This document shows positions 29,182-38,042 of a stretch of DNA of 64,000 nt, one piece after another. The DNA is from Myxococcota bacterium (GTDB lineage: Bacteria > Myxococcota_A > UBA796 > UBA2385): the NCBI GenBank assembly GCA_044344255.1, contig JBIJDH010000020.1, forward strand, positions 1 to 64,000, written 5' to 3'. Both the position numbers and the translations under genes were made by a program. The notes under the pieces are model-generated. The model did no database searches. It was not told the origin of the DNA and was given only the letters and a program-made list of their open reading frames with translations. Each line of letters begins with the position of its first letter. The first letter of the stretch is position 1.

Positions 29182-29419
29182 TTATCCACCAATTACATTG
29201 AGCAGCAGCACGTAGTCGCCGCCGCGCTCGACGATCTGGGCCGCGATGGCCTTCTGGCAGCCCATGGCGTCAATCGTCACGATGCAGCCGCCGAGATCGA
29301 GCAGATCGAGCAAATCGAGCCGCTCGGGGATGGCCGTGATTCTTCCCATCGATGGAGATGACGTCACCGCCGATCACACCCAGGATGGTGAGGGCGAGGA
29401 TGTCTCGGAGGTGGTCGTC
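29182..29419 (-). pseudogene. ISAs1-family transposase remnant, internally deleted and frameshifted
   Basis: 'ITAIPE...[32 protein letters not shown]' in one frame; upstream in another frame '[24 protein letters not shown]'. Confidence 0.85.
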
Positions 29420-29421
29420 GC

Positions 29422-30330
29422 TCAACGCGGGTCGAGCCCCGAGAGGCCGAACCGAGCGAGGAGGTCGGACTGGACCTCCGCGCAGACCCGGTTGATACGC
29501 GCGGCGCCGTCGAAGCCGGAGGGGTCGAGCGGCAGTCGACGGGGGCGCGTGCCGCGGGGGGCCTCCACCACGGCGAGGATGGCCTCGGCCACGAGGGCGG
29601 GATCGGGAGCGGCCCCCTGGTCGATCATCGCCTGGAGGCCAGCGAAGAGCTGACCGGGGCCCTCTCGGACCGGACCGTAGCCCTCGGCGCGGGCGGGGTC
29701 GTCGGCGGGGATGAGGTTCTGGAGGATGGCGGTGGTGGGGAAGGTGCCGGGCTGCACGACCACCGACTCGACGCCGAGGCCGCTCAGCTCATAGTGGCAG
29801 GCCTCCGCCAGCGCCTCGAGCGCGGCCTTGCTCGCGTTGTACAGCCCGAGGAAGGGCATCACCTCCCGGCCGTCGGTGCTGGACAGGTAGATGATGAGGC
29901 CCTGGCCCTGGGCGCGGAAGGTGGGCAGCGCCGCGCGGAGCATCCGCAAGGGCCCGAACACGTTGACGTCGAAGAGGCGCTGGGCTGCGGCGGGGGTGAA
30001 GGTCTCGACCAGGCCCGCGGCGGCGACCCCGGCGTTGTTGACCAGCACGTCGAGGCCGCCCGCCTCGGCCACCGCCGCGCGGACCGCCGCGTCGGCCGAG
30101 GCCTCATCGGTCACATCCAAGGGCAGGATCGTGACAGCGCGCCCCTCCGCCTCCGCCCAGGCGGCGAGCGCTTGGCTCGCGACCGCGCCGCGCCCCCCGA
30201 GGTCCCGGAAGCAAGCAAAGACGCGGTGACCGGCGGCCGCGAGCGCGCGCACCGTCACCGCGCCAAAGCCCGAGCTGGCCCCCGTCACGAGGATGCGCTG
30301 GGGTTCGAACACCCCGTGTGGTTCAGACAT
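29422..30330 (-). CDS. Short-chain dehydrogenase/reductase
   Basis: 'TGASSGFG', 'LDVT', 'NNAG', 'YNASK', 'VQPG'; start moved to MSEPHG. Confidence 0.94.
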   Translation of the reverse strand: MSEPHGVFEPQRILVTGASSGFGAVTVRALAAAGHRVFACFRDLGGRGAVASQALAAWAEAEGRAVTILPLDVTDEASADAAVRAAVAEAGGLDVLVNNAGVAAAGLVETFTPAAAQRLFDVNVFGPLRMLRAALPTFRAQGQGLIIYLSSTDGREVMPFLGLYNASKAALEALAEACHYELSGLGVESVVVQPGTFPTTAILQNLIPADDPARAEGYGPVREGPGQLFAGLQAMIDQGAAPDPALVAEAILAVVEAPRGTRPRRLPLDPSGFDGAARINRVCAEVQSDLLARFGLSGLDPR

Positions 30331-30398
30331 TGACACGCCCCGACAGAGGTGGCTCCCGACCGACACCCTCGGCCGCCAGGATCCCGTGGCCCGGTGGG

Positions 30399-33300
30399 CT
30401 ATCCAGCCGCAGGGGGCTTGTCGCCTAGCCCCGTCAGGCCCGGGTCGGTCGGCCCGCCCGAGGCCCCCCGCCCCGGCTTGACGCTCGGGAAAGGGAGGCC
30501 GGGGCGGGCAAAATAGTAGCCTTGAAGGAGATCGCAGCCGAGCTCGCCGAGGACGAGCGCCTCCGAGCTGTGCTCCACGCCCTCCGCGAGGACGAGGATT
30601 CCCGCCCGACGACAGACCGAGATCAGGCTCGCGACGAGCTGGCGCTTCAGCTGGGAGGTGTCGATGTCGCGCACGAGCGAGATGTCGAGCTTCGCCACGT
30701 CCGGCGTCAGCTTCACGAGCCAGGAGAGGCCGGCGTAGCCCTCGCCCAGATCATCGAGGGCCACCCGAAAGCCGGCGTTCCGCAGGGCGGGGACGACCAG
30801 CCGGATCGACTCGTCTCCCGCGAGCTGGGCGCGCTCGGTCACCTCCAGCACCACGCGGGTGGCGTGCGGCTGGAGGGGCTCGTCTGGAGCGAGGAGGTCG
30901 AGCTTCAGCTCGTTCGGGTGCAGGTTGACGAAGATCGGCTGGTAGCAGTCCGGGTGCTCACGCAGCGTGCGCGCGATGTGGGCGCGGACGGCGCGGCCGA
31001 GCTCGTCCACCCGGCCGAGGGCATCCGCGGCGGCCACGAGCTGCAGCGGCCCCGGCAGCGCCGCGCTCTGGGTGCGCAGAAGGGCCTCGTAGGCGTAGAT
31101 CGAGTGGCTGTAGGGCCGCACGATGGGCTGGTAGACCATGAACAGCCCGGTGAGGGCCGCCTCGAAGTCGCGCGTGGTGGTGGCCAGATCGCGGAAGGAG
31201 TCGGTCAACCCGGCCTTGGTCATCAAGAGCTGCCGCTGCATCCGGGCCACCTTGCCCGCCTGGAGCAGGTGGTCGACCTCCAGAACGAACGTCAGACGCT
31301 CCAGCGGCTTGGTGAGGTAGCTGCTCGACCGCGCCTGAAAGGCCCGCAGCAGCGTCCGAGAGGAGGCGTCGGCGCTGATCACCAGCGTCTGCAGCGTCGG
31401 ATCGATCTGGTGGAGGGCGGTGATGAGGTGGATGCCGTCCATGTCGGGGAGGTTGACATCGACGAGCGCGAGCAGAGGGACCTCGGCGCGGACGAGTTCG
31501 AGGGCCTCAGTCATGCTGCCGGCCTCGAACACCCGCACCGGCCGGCCCTCGAGGAAGCGCGCGGCGGCCTTCCGGAAGACCGGATCGTCATCGACGATGA
31601 GCACCCGGTCGTAGTGCTCGTCGTTCATCGTCAGCTCGAGCAGATCGAGGTCTCCGCCCGGGTCCTCGACCGGCAGCGGGGCGTAGGCGCTCTCGTCCAT
31701 GCGCAGGCCGACCGCCACCTCCGCCGCCTTCTCGCGGGCCATCCGCGCGAGGGTGCCGAGGCGGAACGGCTTCCAGAGGACGTCGGTGCCGGGGAGATCG
31801 TTGAACGAGCCGCCGCCGCTGATGAAGAGCTCTCCCACCCCGGGCACCTGCGACCGCACCGCCTTGATGAGCTCGACGCAGCGAACATCGGCCCAGCCGA
31901 TGTCGCAGACAAAGAGGCGCAGCTCCTCGCCGAGGCGGGGGAGGGCCATCCGGGCCGCCTCGTAGGACTGCACCGACACCACCTCGAGGCCGGCGATCTG
32001 CAGGGCTCGCGCATAAGCGCGGAGCTGCACTGGGTCTCGCTCGACGAGGAGGCAGGTCCCCTGGACGGTGTCGTCGAGCGAGTTGAGGCTCACCTCGCCG
32101 TCCGCGTGGACATCGAGGAAGGGATCGCTGCGCGGCAGGTCGACGCAGAACCGGAGGCCCGGCGGGGAGGCCTCCTCGACGCTGAGCCGCCCGCCGACGT
32201 GCTCGACCAGCAGTCGACAGACAGCGAGCCCATAGTTGGCGTCGTCCACGCTGATCTTCTCTCGGAGCAGCGTGTTGAGTCGCTGGACCTGACCGGCGAG
32301 GTCGAGGGTGGGCCCGACGGCGACCACCGCGAGGCGCACGAGGGTCGCCGGGGGGGCCCCTGCGCCATCCAGCCGCGGCGTGTGCACCCGGAAGGTGACC
32401 TGCCCGCCGTCGCGCAAGGCCTCCCGGAGGGCGCCGGCGAGGTTGATCAGCACCTGCTCGAGGGAGATCAGCTCCATGCGGACGAAGGCGTCGTCTGCGC
32501 TCGGGTGGAAGGCGAGCTGCACCCGGTCGCCGAAGATCGACTCGAGGATCGGCCGGGTCTCGGCGACCACCCGCATGAGGTCGAGGCACTGGTCTTCGGC
32601 CCCCCCGCTCTGCCGCGAGAAGGCGTGCAGGCTAGTGGAGAGCTGCACGCCGCGGCGCACGCAGCGGGCCACGGCCTCAACGTGCCCCTGGCTCTCGGCC
32701 ACCTCGGAGGACATCCGGAGGAGGTTCACAGAGGCGAGGATCCCCGCCAGCACATTGTTGAAGTCAAAGGCGACCCCAGCCGCCATGCGGCCCACGACGT
32801 CGAAGCGCTGGTGTGCCGCCAGGGCCATCTCGGCCTGGCGCTGACCGGTCACGTCGCGCAGGAACAGCAGGGCGAAGCGGTTGTCGTTCGCCAGCTCGCG
32901 GACCGGGAAGACCGAGACGGCCAGCCAGCGCGCCGCGCCCTCCGGGCTCAGCCCGCGCACCACACGCTCCATCTCCAGCGCGCACTCGAGCGCGTCGGCG
33001 AGCTTTCGCACATCGGGGTGGGCTGGGTCGGCGGCCATGAACAACGCGGGGAGGGACCGGATCTCGTCCGCGCCGCGGCCCGTGATCGTGGATGCGGCGC
33101 GGTTCGCGAAGACGACCCGGTGCGAGGGCTCCCCAGTGTCGACCAGGATCATCCCAATGCTCGCCGAGTCAAAGGCGGCGTTGAGCTGACGGAGCTGGGA
33201 GGCCGCGGCGTGCCGCTCCAGCGCGATCCTCAACACGACGGAGAGCTGCGGCGCGTAGACGGGCTGGACGAGGTAGCCCGACGCGGGGACCTCCGCCGCG

Positions 33301-33671
33301 CGGGCGAAGGTGGCCTCATCGCCATCGGAGGCGAGGAACACCACCGGCACGTCGAGCTCGGCGACCATGGCCTTCGCCGCCCGGACGCCGTCGCCCTCCT
33401 CCTGGAGCCGGACGTTGATGAGCACGAGCTCCGGGCGCCCCCGACGGAGGAGGGCGAGGGCGGCGTCGCGGGTGTCTGCCACGCCCAGCAGCCGATGCCC
33501 GAGCGCCTCGAGGCTGGCCTGTATCCGCGCCGCGTCGGGCGGGTGGGCCTCGACGAGCAGGATCCCCGCGCCGGCCCCGCGAGCCGAACCCCGACCGAAA
33601 GAGGAGCGCAGCGGCCGAGCATCTTCGTCGGGCAGGGCTTCGGCTGGGGCGGCCGGGGGCATGGGTCTCAT
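30399..33671 (-). CDS. Multidomain signalling protein: REC-PAS-degenerate HisKA/HATPase-REC-REC-EAL (c-di-GMP phosphodiesterase)
   Basis: EAL motifs 'YQPIV', 'YEALLR', 'FVNL', 'LEVTER', 'ALDDLGEGY', 'KLD', 'AEGVE', 'QGYYFARP'; pseudo H-box 'AGVAFDFNN'; start moved to MRPMPP (uncertain). Confidence 0.9.
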   Translation of the reverse strand: MRPMPPAAPAEALPDEDARPLRSSFGRGSARGAGAGILLVEAHPPDAARIQASLEALGHRLLGVADTRDAALALLRRGRPELVLINVRLQEEGDGVRAAKAMVAELDVPVVFLASDGDEATFARAAEVPASGYLVQPVYAPQLSVVLRIALERHAAASQLRQLNAAFDSASIGMILVDTGEPSHRVVFANRAASTITGRGADEIRSLPALFMAADPAHPDVRKLADALECALEMERVVRGLSPEGAARWLAVSVFPVRELANDNRFALLFLRDVTGQRQAEMALAAHQRFDVVGRMAAGVAFDFNNVLAGILASVNLLRMSSEVAESQGHVEAVARCVRRGVQLSTSLHAFSRQSGGAEDQCLDLMRVVAETRPILESIFGDRVQLAFHPSADDAFVRMELISLEQVLINLAGALREALRDGGQVTFRVHTPRLDGAGAPPATLVRLAVVAVGPTLDLAGQVQRLNTLLREKISVDDANYGLAVCRLLVEHVGGRLSVEEASPPGLRFCVDLPRSDPFLDVHADGEVSLNSLDDTVQGTCLLVERDPVQLRAYARALQIAGLEVVSVQSYEAARMALPRLGEELRLFVCDIGWADVRCVELIKAVRSQVPGVGELFISGGGSFNDLPGTDVLWKPFRLGTLARMAREKAAEVAVGLRMDESAYAPLPVEDPGGDLDLLELTMNDEHYDRVLIVDDDPVFRKAAARFLEGRPVRVFEAGSMTEALELVRAEVPLLALVDVNLPDMDGIHLITALHQIDPTLQTLVISADASSRTLLRAFQARSSSYLTKPLERLTFVLEVDHLLQAGKVARMQRQLLMTKAGLTDSFRDLATTTRDFEAALTGLFMVYQPIVRPYSHSIYAYEALLRTQSAALPGPLQLVAAADALGRVDELGRAVRAHIARTLREHPDCYQPIFVNLHPNELKLDLLAPDEPLQPHATRVVLEVTERAQLAGDESIRLVVPALRNAGFRVALDDLGEGYAGLSWLVKLTPDVAKLDISLVRDIDTSQLKRQLVASLISVCRRAGILVLAEGVEHSSEALVLGELGCDLLQGYYFARPGLPFPSVKPGRGASGGPTDPGLTGLGDKPPAAG

Positions 33672-33744
33672 CGGGGTGCTCTCAGTGAACCGACCCGCCC
33701 GCCAGAGGCCCGGCGAGGGCGAGCCGGGGGTGGCAAGCCTGGGG

Positions 33745-34056
33745 TCAAGCCAGGGGACGGATCCGCACAGCGGTGGTGTAATCTTCGAGAATCCACCAAA
33801 GATCAGCCTCCAAAGGGAGGCCGGCATCGAGCTGTTCTTCAATATGTGCTGCCACCCGCGACAGCCACCGGAAGCCGAACATCGCGCCCGTCCCCTTGAC
33901 GCGGTGGGCGAAAAGGCGGACCCGAGCGGCGGGGACATCGGGGGCGCGGAGCACGACCAGCTCAGCCTTCAGGCGAACGAGGAAGTCTTCGGCGAGGTCC
34001 AGCAGCTCTGGCTCCACCGTGACCAGCAGGGCCTCGGGAGGCGGGCAGAGGTTCAT
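33745..34056 (-). CDS. Histidine phosphotransfer (Hpt) domain protein
   Basis: 'AHRVKGTGAMFGF..LS..A..IE' fits the Hpt H-x2-KG signature; 103 aa. Confidence 0.82.
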   Translation of the reverse strand: MNLCPPPEALLVTVEPELLDLAEDFLVRLKAELVVLRAPDVPAARVRLFAHRVKGTGAMFGFRWLSRVAAHIEEQLDAGLPLEADLWWILEDYTTAVRIRPLA

Positions 34057-34172
34057 GCAGCACCGGGGGCGCGGGAGGCGGCGGGCGGTCGTGGAGGAGG
34101 CCCCTCCGCCCTCCGCCGGGGCCTCTCACCGTATTCCTTCGAGCCGGGGCAGGCCAGAGGCTCGACCGGCGA

Positions 34173-35246
34173 TCAGCGCGGCTCGTTCAGGCTGTGCACC
34201 TCGGCGACCCTGTGGCCATGGACCATCACCTGCACACCATCGCCGGCCTTGAGCCGGGCATCGCCGGGGGGCTGCGGCTCCCACGCGCCCTGCCCACGCC
34301 GGATCGCCACGATGGTGAGGCGGCTGGAGCCCGTCAGGGTGGAGAGCGCGCTGCGCTCGAAGGTGCTGCCGGCCTTGACGATGATCTCGATGACCACGAG
34401 CACGTCATTGCCCACCCGGTGCGCGCCCACCACGCCCGGGTCCAGCGCCGCGGCGGCGAAGATGGGGGCGGCGGTGCGGGAGGTGGAGAAGGTGGCGGCG
34501 ATGCCGAGCGGGCCCTTCACCTTCTCGGCGAGCCGCTGATCGAAGAGGCGCAGCACGATGGGGATGTCGCGGCGGATCTCCCGCACGTCCATCGCGATCT
34601 CGAGGTTGGCGAGGTCGTCATCGGTGGCGACGATCACCGCGCGGGCCCCCTCGACGTTGAGCGAGCGGAGGAGGTTCTCGGTGCGGGCGTCGCCGATGCA
34701 GACCTCCACGCCGAGGGCCCGCGCCTGGTCCAGCAGGGGGCTGTCGGCGTTGCGCTCGATCACGAAGACCTGCTCCCCGAGGCCGATCAGCTCCTCGAGG
34801 ACGCGGAAGCCCACCGTCCCAAGGCCGCAGAGGATGACATGACCACGGCTGCTGCTGGCGAGCACCTGCATCCACTTCTCCCGTTGGACCTCTTTCTTGA
34901 AGGTCCGGATCCCGAGCTTGATGACCCCCTCCGCCAGCACGACGACGCCGGCGATCGGGAGCAGGTAGTGGCTGAGCTCCCCCACGAGGTTCGCGGGGAG
35001 GGGGACGTTGTGCTCGACCAGCAGAAGGTTGTAGGCGATGAAGACCGCCTCGTTCCAGGTTGGATTGACCCCTCCGGGGGGCGCCCCGAAGTAGCGCTGC
35101 ACCACCGTGCCGAGGGTCCAGATCACGATCAGGGCGATCAGGGGCCCGCGGAGGTCCCGGAGCGCCGAAGCGTGGAAGCGCAGGTCAGCCCAGGCGCGGC
35201 GAAGGCGCCGCTCTCGGATCCGCTGCTCCTGGGATTGATGGGGCAT
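34173..35246 (-). CDS. TrkA/RCK-domain (NAD-binding) potassium channel-like protein
   Basis: Two TM helices; 'HVILCGLGTVG', 'GDAR', 'ATDDDLANL'; C-terminal TrkA_C 'PGDARLKAGD'. Confidence 0.88.
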   Translation of the reverse strand: MPHQSQEQRIRERRLRRAWADLRFHASALRDLRGPLIALIVIWTLGTVVQRYFGAPPGGVNPTWNEAVFIAYNLLLVEHNVPLPANLVGELSHYLLPIAGVVVLAEGVIKLGIRTFKKEVQREKWMQVLASSSRGHVILCGLGTVGFRVLEELIGLGEQVFVIERNADSPLLDQARALGVEVCIGDARTENLLRSLNVEGARAVIVATDDDLANLEIAMDVREIRRDIPIVLRLFDQRLAEKVKGPLGIAATFSTSRTAAPIFAAAALDPGVVGAHRVGNDVLVVIEIIVKAGSTFERSALSTLTGSSRLTIVAIRRGQGAWEPQPPGDARLKAGDGVQVMVHGHRVAEVHSLNEPR

Positions 35247-35308
35247 CGGGGGCTGCTAATCCGATTCGGAGGCACCGCACGGCGGGGGCCCCGGATCGGT
35301 CACTTCCC

Positions 35309-35338
35309 TTGACACGCCCGCGGGAGCGGCGTAGGGGT
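35309..35338 (+). promoter_or_regulatory. Possible sigma70-type promoter for the rplU operon
   Basis: TTGACA at 35309-35314, 17-bp spacer, weak -10 (TAGGGG). Confidence 0.4.
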
Positions 35339-35453
35339 GCGGGCTTGCTCAGGGCCGCCGCCCGCCTGCCGGTCGATCCGGCGCCCTCCCCGGAGCCCGG
35401 GGAGTGCTCTCCAGGGCGCAGTGGCCGTTTAGAGCGATCCAGATGGAGTTCCC

Positions 35454-35765
35454 ATGTACGCCGTGGTGTTCACGGGTGGTCAGCAGTTTAAGGTGTCGCA
35501 GGGCGACACCCTCACCGTCAAGCGGCTCGCGGCCGAGGTCGGTAGCTCGATTGAGCTCCCCGTCCTCCTGTTGCAGGGCGCCGAAGGCGGCCTCAAGGTG
35601 GGCGCACCCCACGTCGACGGCGCAAAGGTCGTCGCCGAGGTGGTGGAGCATGCGCTCGGCGAGAAGCGCGAGGGCTTCAAGTTCCGCCACACCCGCCGCT
35701 ACCGCCGGTCTTTCGCCTCCCGCCCGCGGGAGACGGTCATTCGCATCCAGCAGATCTCGGCCTGA
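35454..35765 (+). CDS. rplU: 50S ribosomal protein L21
   Basis: 'MYAVVFTGGQQFKVSQGD', 'VGAPHVDGAKV', 103 aa, upstream of rpmA. Confidence 0.96.
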   Translation: MYAVVFTGGQQFKVSQGDTLTVKRLAAEVGSSIELPVLLLQGAEGGLKVGAPHVDGAKVVAEVVEHALGEKREGFKFRHTRRYRRSFASRPRETVIRIQQISA

Positions 35766-35805
35766 GGCCGCTGCACTCTTCGGCTGAGGCCGGTAGGAGC
35801 CTTCG

Positions 35806-36069
35806 ATGGCGCATAAAAAAGGTCAAGGCAGCACGCGGAACGGCCGCGACTCCAACGCGCAGTACCGCGGTGTGAAGCGCCACGACGGGCAGATCGTCCC
35901 GGCGGGCAGCATCATCGTCCGTCAGGTCGGCAGCAAATTCCACGCTGGTGACGGCGTCGGCACGGGGAAGGACTACACGCTCTTCGCCCTCGTCGACGGC
36001 GTGGTGCGCTTCCAGACTCGGCGCAACCGGCGGCACGTGCTCGTCCTCCCCGTCGAGGCTCAGGCCTGA
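35806..36069 (+). CDS. rpmA: 50S ribosomal protein L27
   Basis: '[16 protein letters not shown]', 'GSIIVRQ', '[14 protein letters not shown]'. Confidence 0.98.
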   Translation: MAHKKGQGSTRNGRDSNAQYRGVKRHDGQIVPAGSIIVRQVGSKFHAGDGVGTGKDYTLFALVDGVVRFQTRRNRRHVLVLPVEAQA

Positions 36070-36105
36070 CGAGGGTTCGATGCGCGGCCACGGGGGTCCG
36101 TCGGC

Positions 36106-37206
36106 ATGCGGTTCATTGACGAAGCCACCATCCGGGTGGTGAGCGGGAACGGGGGCGACGGCGTCGTCGCCTTCCGCCGCGAGAAGTACGTCGCGCAAGG
36201 CGGCCCCAGCGGTGGGGACGGCGGGCGCGGCGGCGATGTGGTGCTGGTCGCGAACAACGGCTGCAACACCCTCATTGACCTCCGCGCCCAGCCGATGTGG
36301 CGCGCGGAGGACGGTGAGCGCGGTGGCGGCGCAGACCGCTACGGTGCCGCAGGCGTCACGCTGGAGCTGCCGTGTCCAGTGGGCACGCGCGTCTTCGACG
36401 ACGAGACCGGGGCGCTGGTCTACGACCTCGTGAGCCACGGCCAACGCGCCGTGGTGGCGAAGGGCGGAGACGGGGGCCTCGGTAATATCCACTTCAAGAG
36501 CAGCACCAACCGCACCCCGCGGAAGGCCCTGCCCGGCTGGCCCGGACAGGATCGCCAGCTCCGGCTGGAGCTCGTGCTGATGGCCGACGTCGGGCTGCTC
36601 GGCTTCCCGAACGCCGGCAAGTCCACCCTGATCTCCGCCATCTCCGCGGCGCGGCCCAAGGTGGCAGACTACCCCTTCACCACCCTGGTCCCCAACCTCG
36701 GCGTGGTGAAGGTGGGCACCGAAGGCAGCTTCGTCGTCGCCGACATGCCGGGCCTCATCCGCGGCGCCGCCGACGGCGCGGGCCTCGGCCACCGCTTCCT
36801 CCGCCACGTGGCGCGCAACCGCGTCCTGCTCCACCTCGTCAGCCTCGCGCCCGACGAGGAGGAGGGGCCGGTCGAGCGTTACCTCGCGATCCGAGGGGAG
36901 CTCGAGGCGTATGATCCCGCCCTCGTCCACCGCCCCGAGCTCGTGGTGCTCACGAAGGCCGACACTCGGCCGATCGAGGAGATCCGAGAGGTCGGTCGGT
37001 CGCTGGCGGAGGCCTCCGGGCAGAAGCTCCGCTTGATCTCCGCGGTCACCGGCCAAGGGGTCCAAGACCTCGTGCGGTCCCTGTGGCGGGAGCTCCAGGC
37101 CCAGCTCGCCCGGGAGGAGTCCGAGGGGGCGGCCGAGCCCGCTCCGAGGGGGGACTCCCCGGGAGAGCGCGTGCGAGAAGATGAGCGGGAAGCGGGAGAA
37201 GAATGA
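36106..37206 (+). CDS. obgE: GTPase Obg/CgtA
   Basis: 'FIDEA', 'FRREKY', 'GPSGGDGG', 'GFPNAGKST', 'ADYPFTT', 'DMPG', 'TKAD'. Confidence 0.98.
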   Translation: MRFIDEATIRVVSGNGGDGVVAFRREKYVAQGGPSGGDGGRGGDVVLVANNGCNTLIDLRAQPMWRAEDGERGGGADRYGAAGVTLELPCPVGTRVFDDETGALVYDLVSHGQRAVVAKGGDGGLGNIHFKSSTNRTPRKALPGWPGQDRQLRLELVLMADVGLLGFPNAGKSTLISAISAARPKVADYPFTTLVPNLGVVKVGTEGSFVVADMPGLIRGAADGAGLGHRFLRHVARNRVLLHLVSLAPDEEEGPVERYLAIRGELEAYDPALVHRPELVVLTKADTRPIEEIREVGRSLAEASGQKLRLISAVTGQGVQDLVRSLWRELQAQLAREESEGAAEPAPRGDSPGERVREDEREAGEE

Positions 37207-38042
37207 GCCTGCTGCTCCTCTCGCTCCTCGCCTGTGGCCCCGAGGCGACGCCGCCTGCCAGCCTCGCGGCGGTCTCCGAGGAGATCCAGTTCACCTCGGT
37301 CGACCGCCTGGGGCCGCACCACTTTGTCGGCTCGATCCAGCGGGGGAGCCGCAACGAGGCCGGTCGCACCACCACCACCGAGGAGGCCGTGGAGATCACC
37401 TGGCAAGACTGGGGGACCTTCTCCTACCGCCGGGTCGTCAACGGCCGGCCGGTGCTGGCGGTCGTGACCATCGAAGGGCAGTCCTGGGTCGAGCGCCCCG
37501 ATGGACGCTGGCAGGCCCGCGGCGACGCCGAGCCCTACCGCCAGGAGCTGCGAGCCGGCTGGAACCTGTGGGAGCAGGCCCTCTCCGAGTATGACGGGCG
37601 GCTCCTGCTCGAGGGTGCGAGCGTCGACGTGGTCGAGGGGCGCCCGGCCCGCCGCTACACCGTCGCGTTGCGCCCCCTGCCCGAGACCGCAGACCCCGCC
37701 GAGCTCGACCGCCGCCGCCGTCAGGCCGCGCAGCAGGGGGAGCCCACCGCGGCGAGCGGCACGGTGGCGCTCGACGAGAGCACGGCCGTGCGCCTCACCG
37801 CCGATGTGCGGGCCGAGCGCCGGGTCGGTCAGACCACCCACACCGTCGCCATCACGCTGCGCCGCTCGGCCATCGGTGAGCCCCAGAACATCTCTAAACC
37901 CGAGGAGGTCGCCGCGCCGGTCGATCCCCTCGCGGCCGCCGAGGCCCCGCCTCCTCGCGCCGATCGCCCCGACAAGCCTCCGCCGTCCTCGCGTAAGGGG
38001 GGTGGTCGTAAGCCCAAGTCCAAGGAGGCCCGAGAGCCTTGA
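37203..38042 (+). CDS. Hypothetical lipoprotein (possible LolA/LppX-like fold)
   Basis: Lipobox 'LLAC'; overlaps obgE and rsfS by 4 bp; 'VEGRPARRY' and 'GTVALDE.TAV' resemble LppX-like strands. Confidence 0.75.
   Translation: MSLLLLSLLACGPEATPPASLAAVSEEIQFTSVDRLGPHHFVGSIQRGSRNEAGRTTTTEEAVEITWQDWGTFSYRRVVNGRPVLAVVTIEGQSWVERPDGRWQARGDAEPYRQELRAGWNLWEQALSEYDGRLLLEGASVDVVEGRPARRYTVALRPLPETADPAELDRRRRQAAQQGEPTAASGTVALDESTAVRLTADVRAERRVGQTTHTVAITLRRSAIGEPQNISKPEEVAAPVDPLAAAEAPPPRADRPDKPPPSSRKGGGRKPKSKEAREP

Noticed and set aside
30522..33899. 1125-aa plus-strand ORF
   Set aside because: Shadow of the REC/EAL gene; no recognisable motifs.
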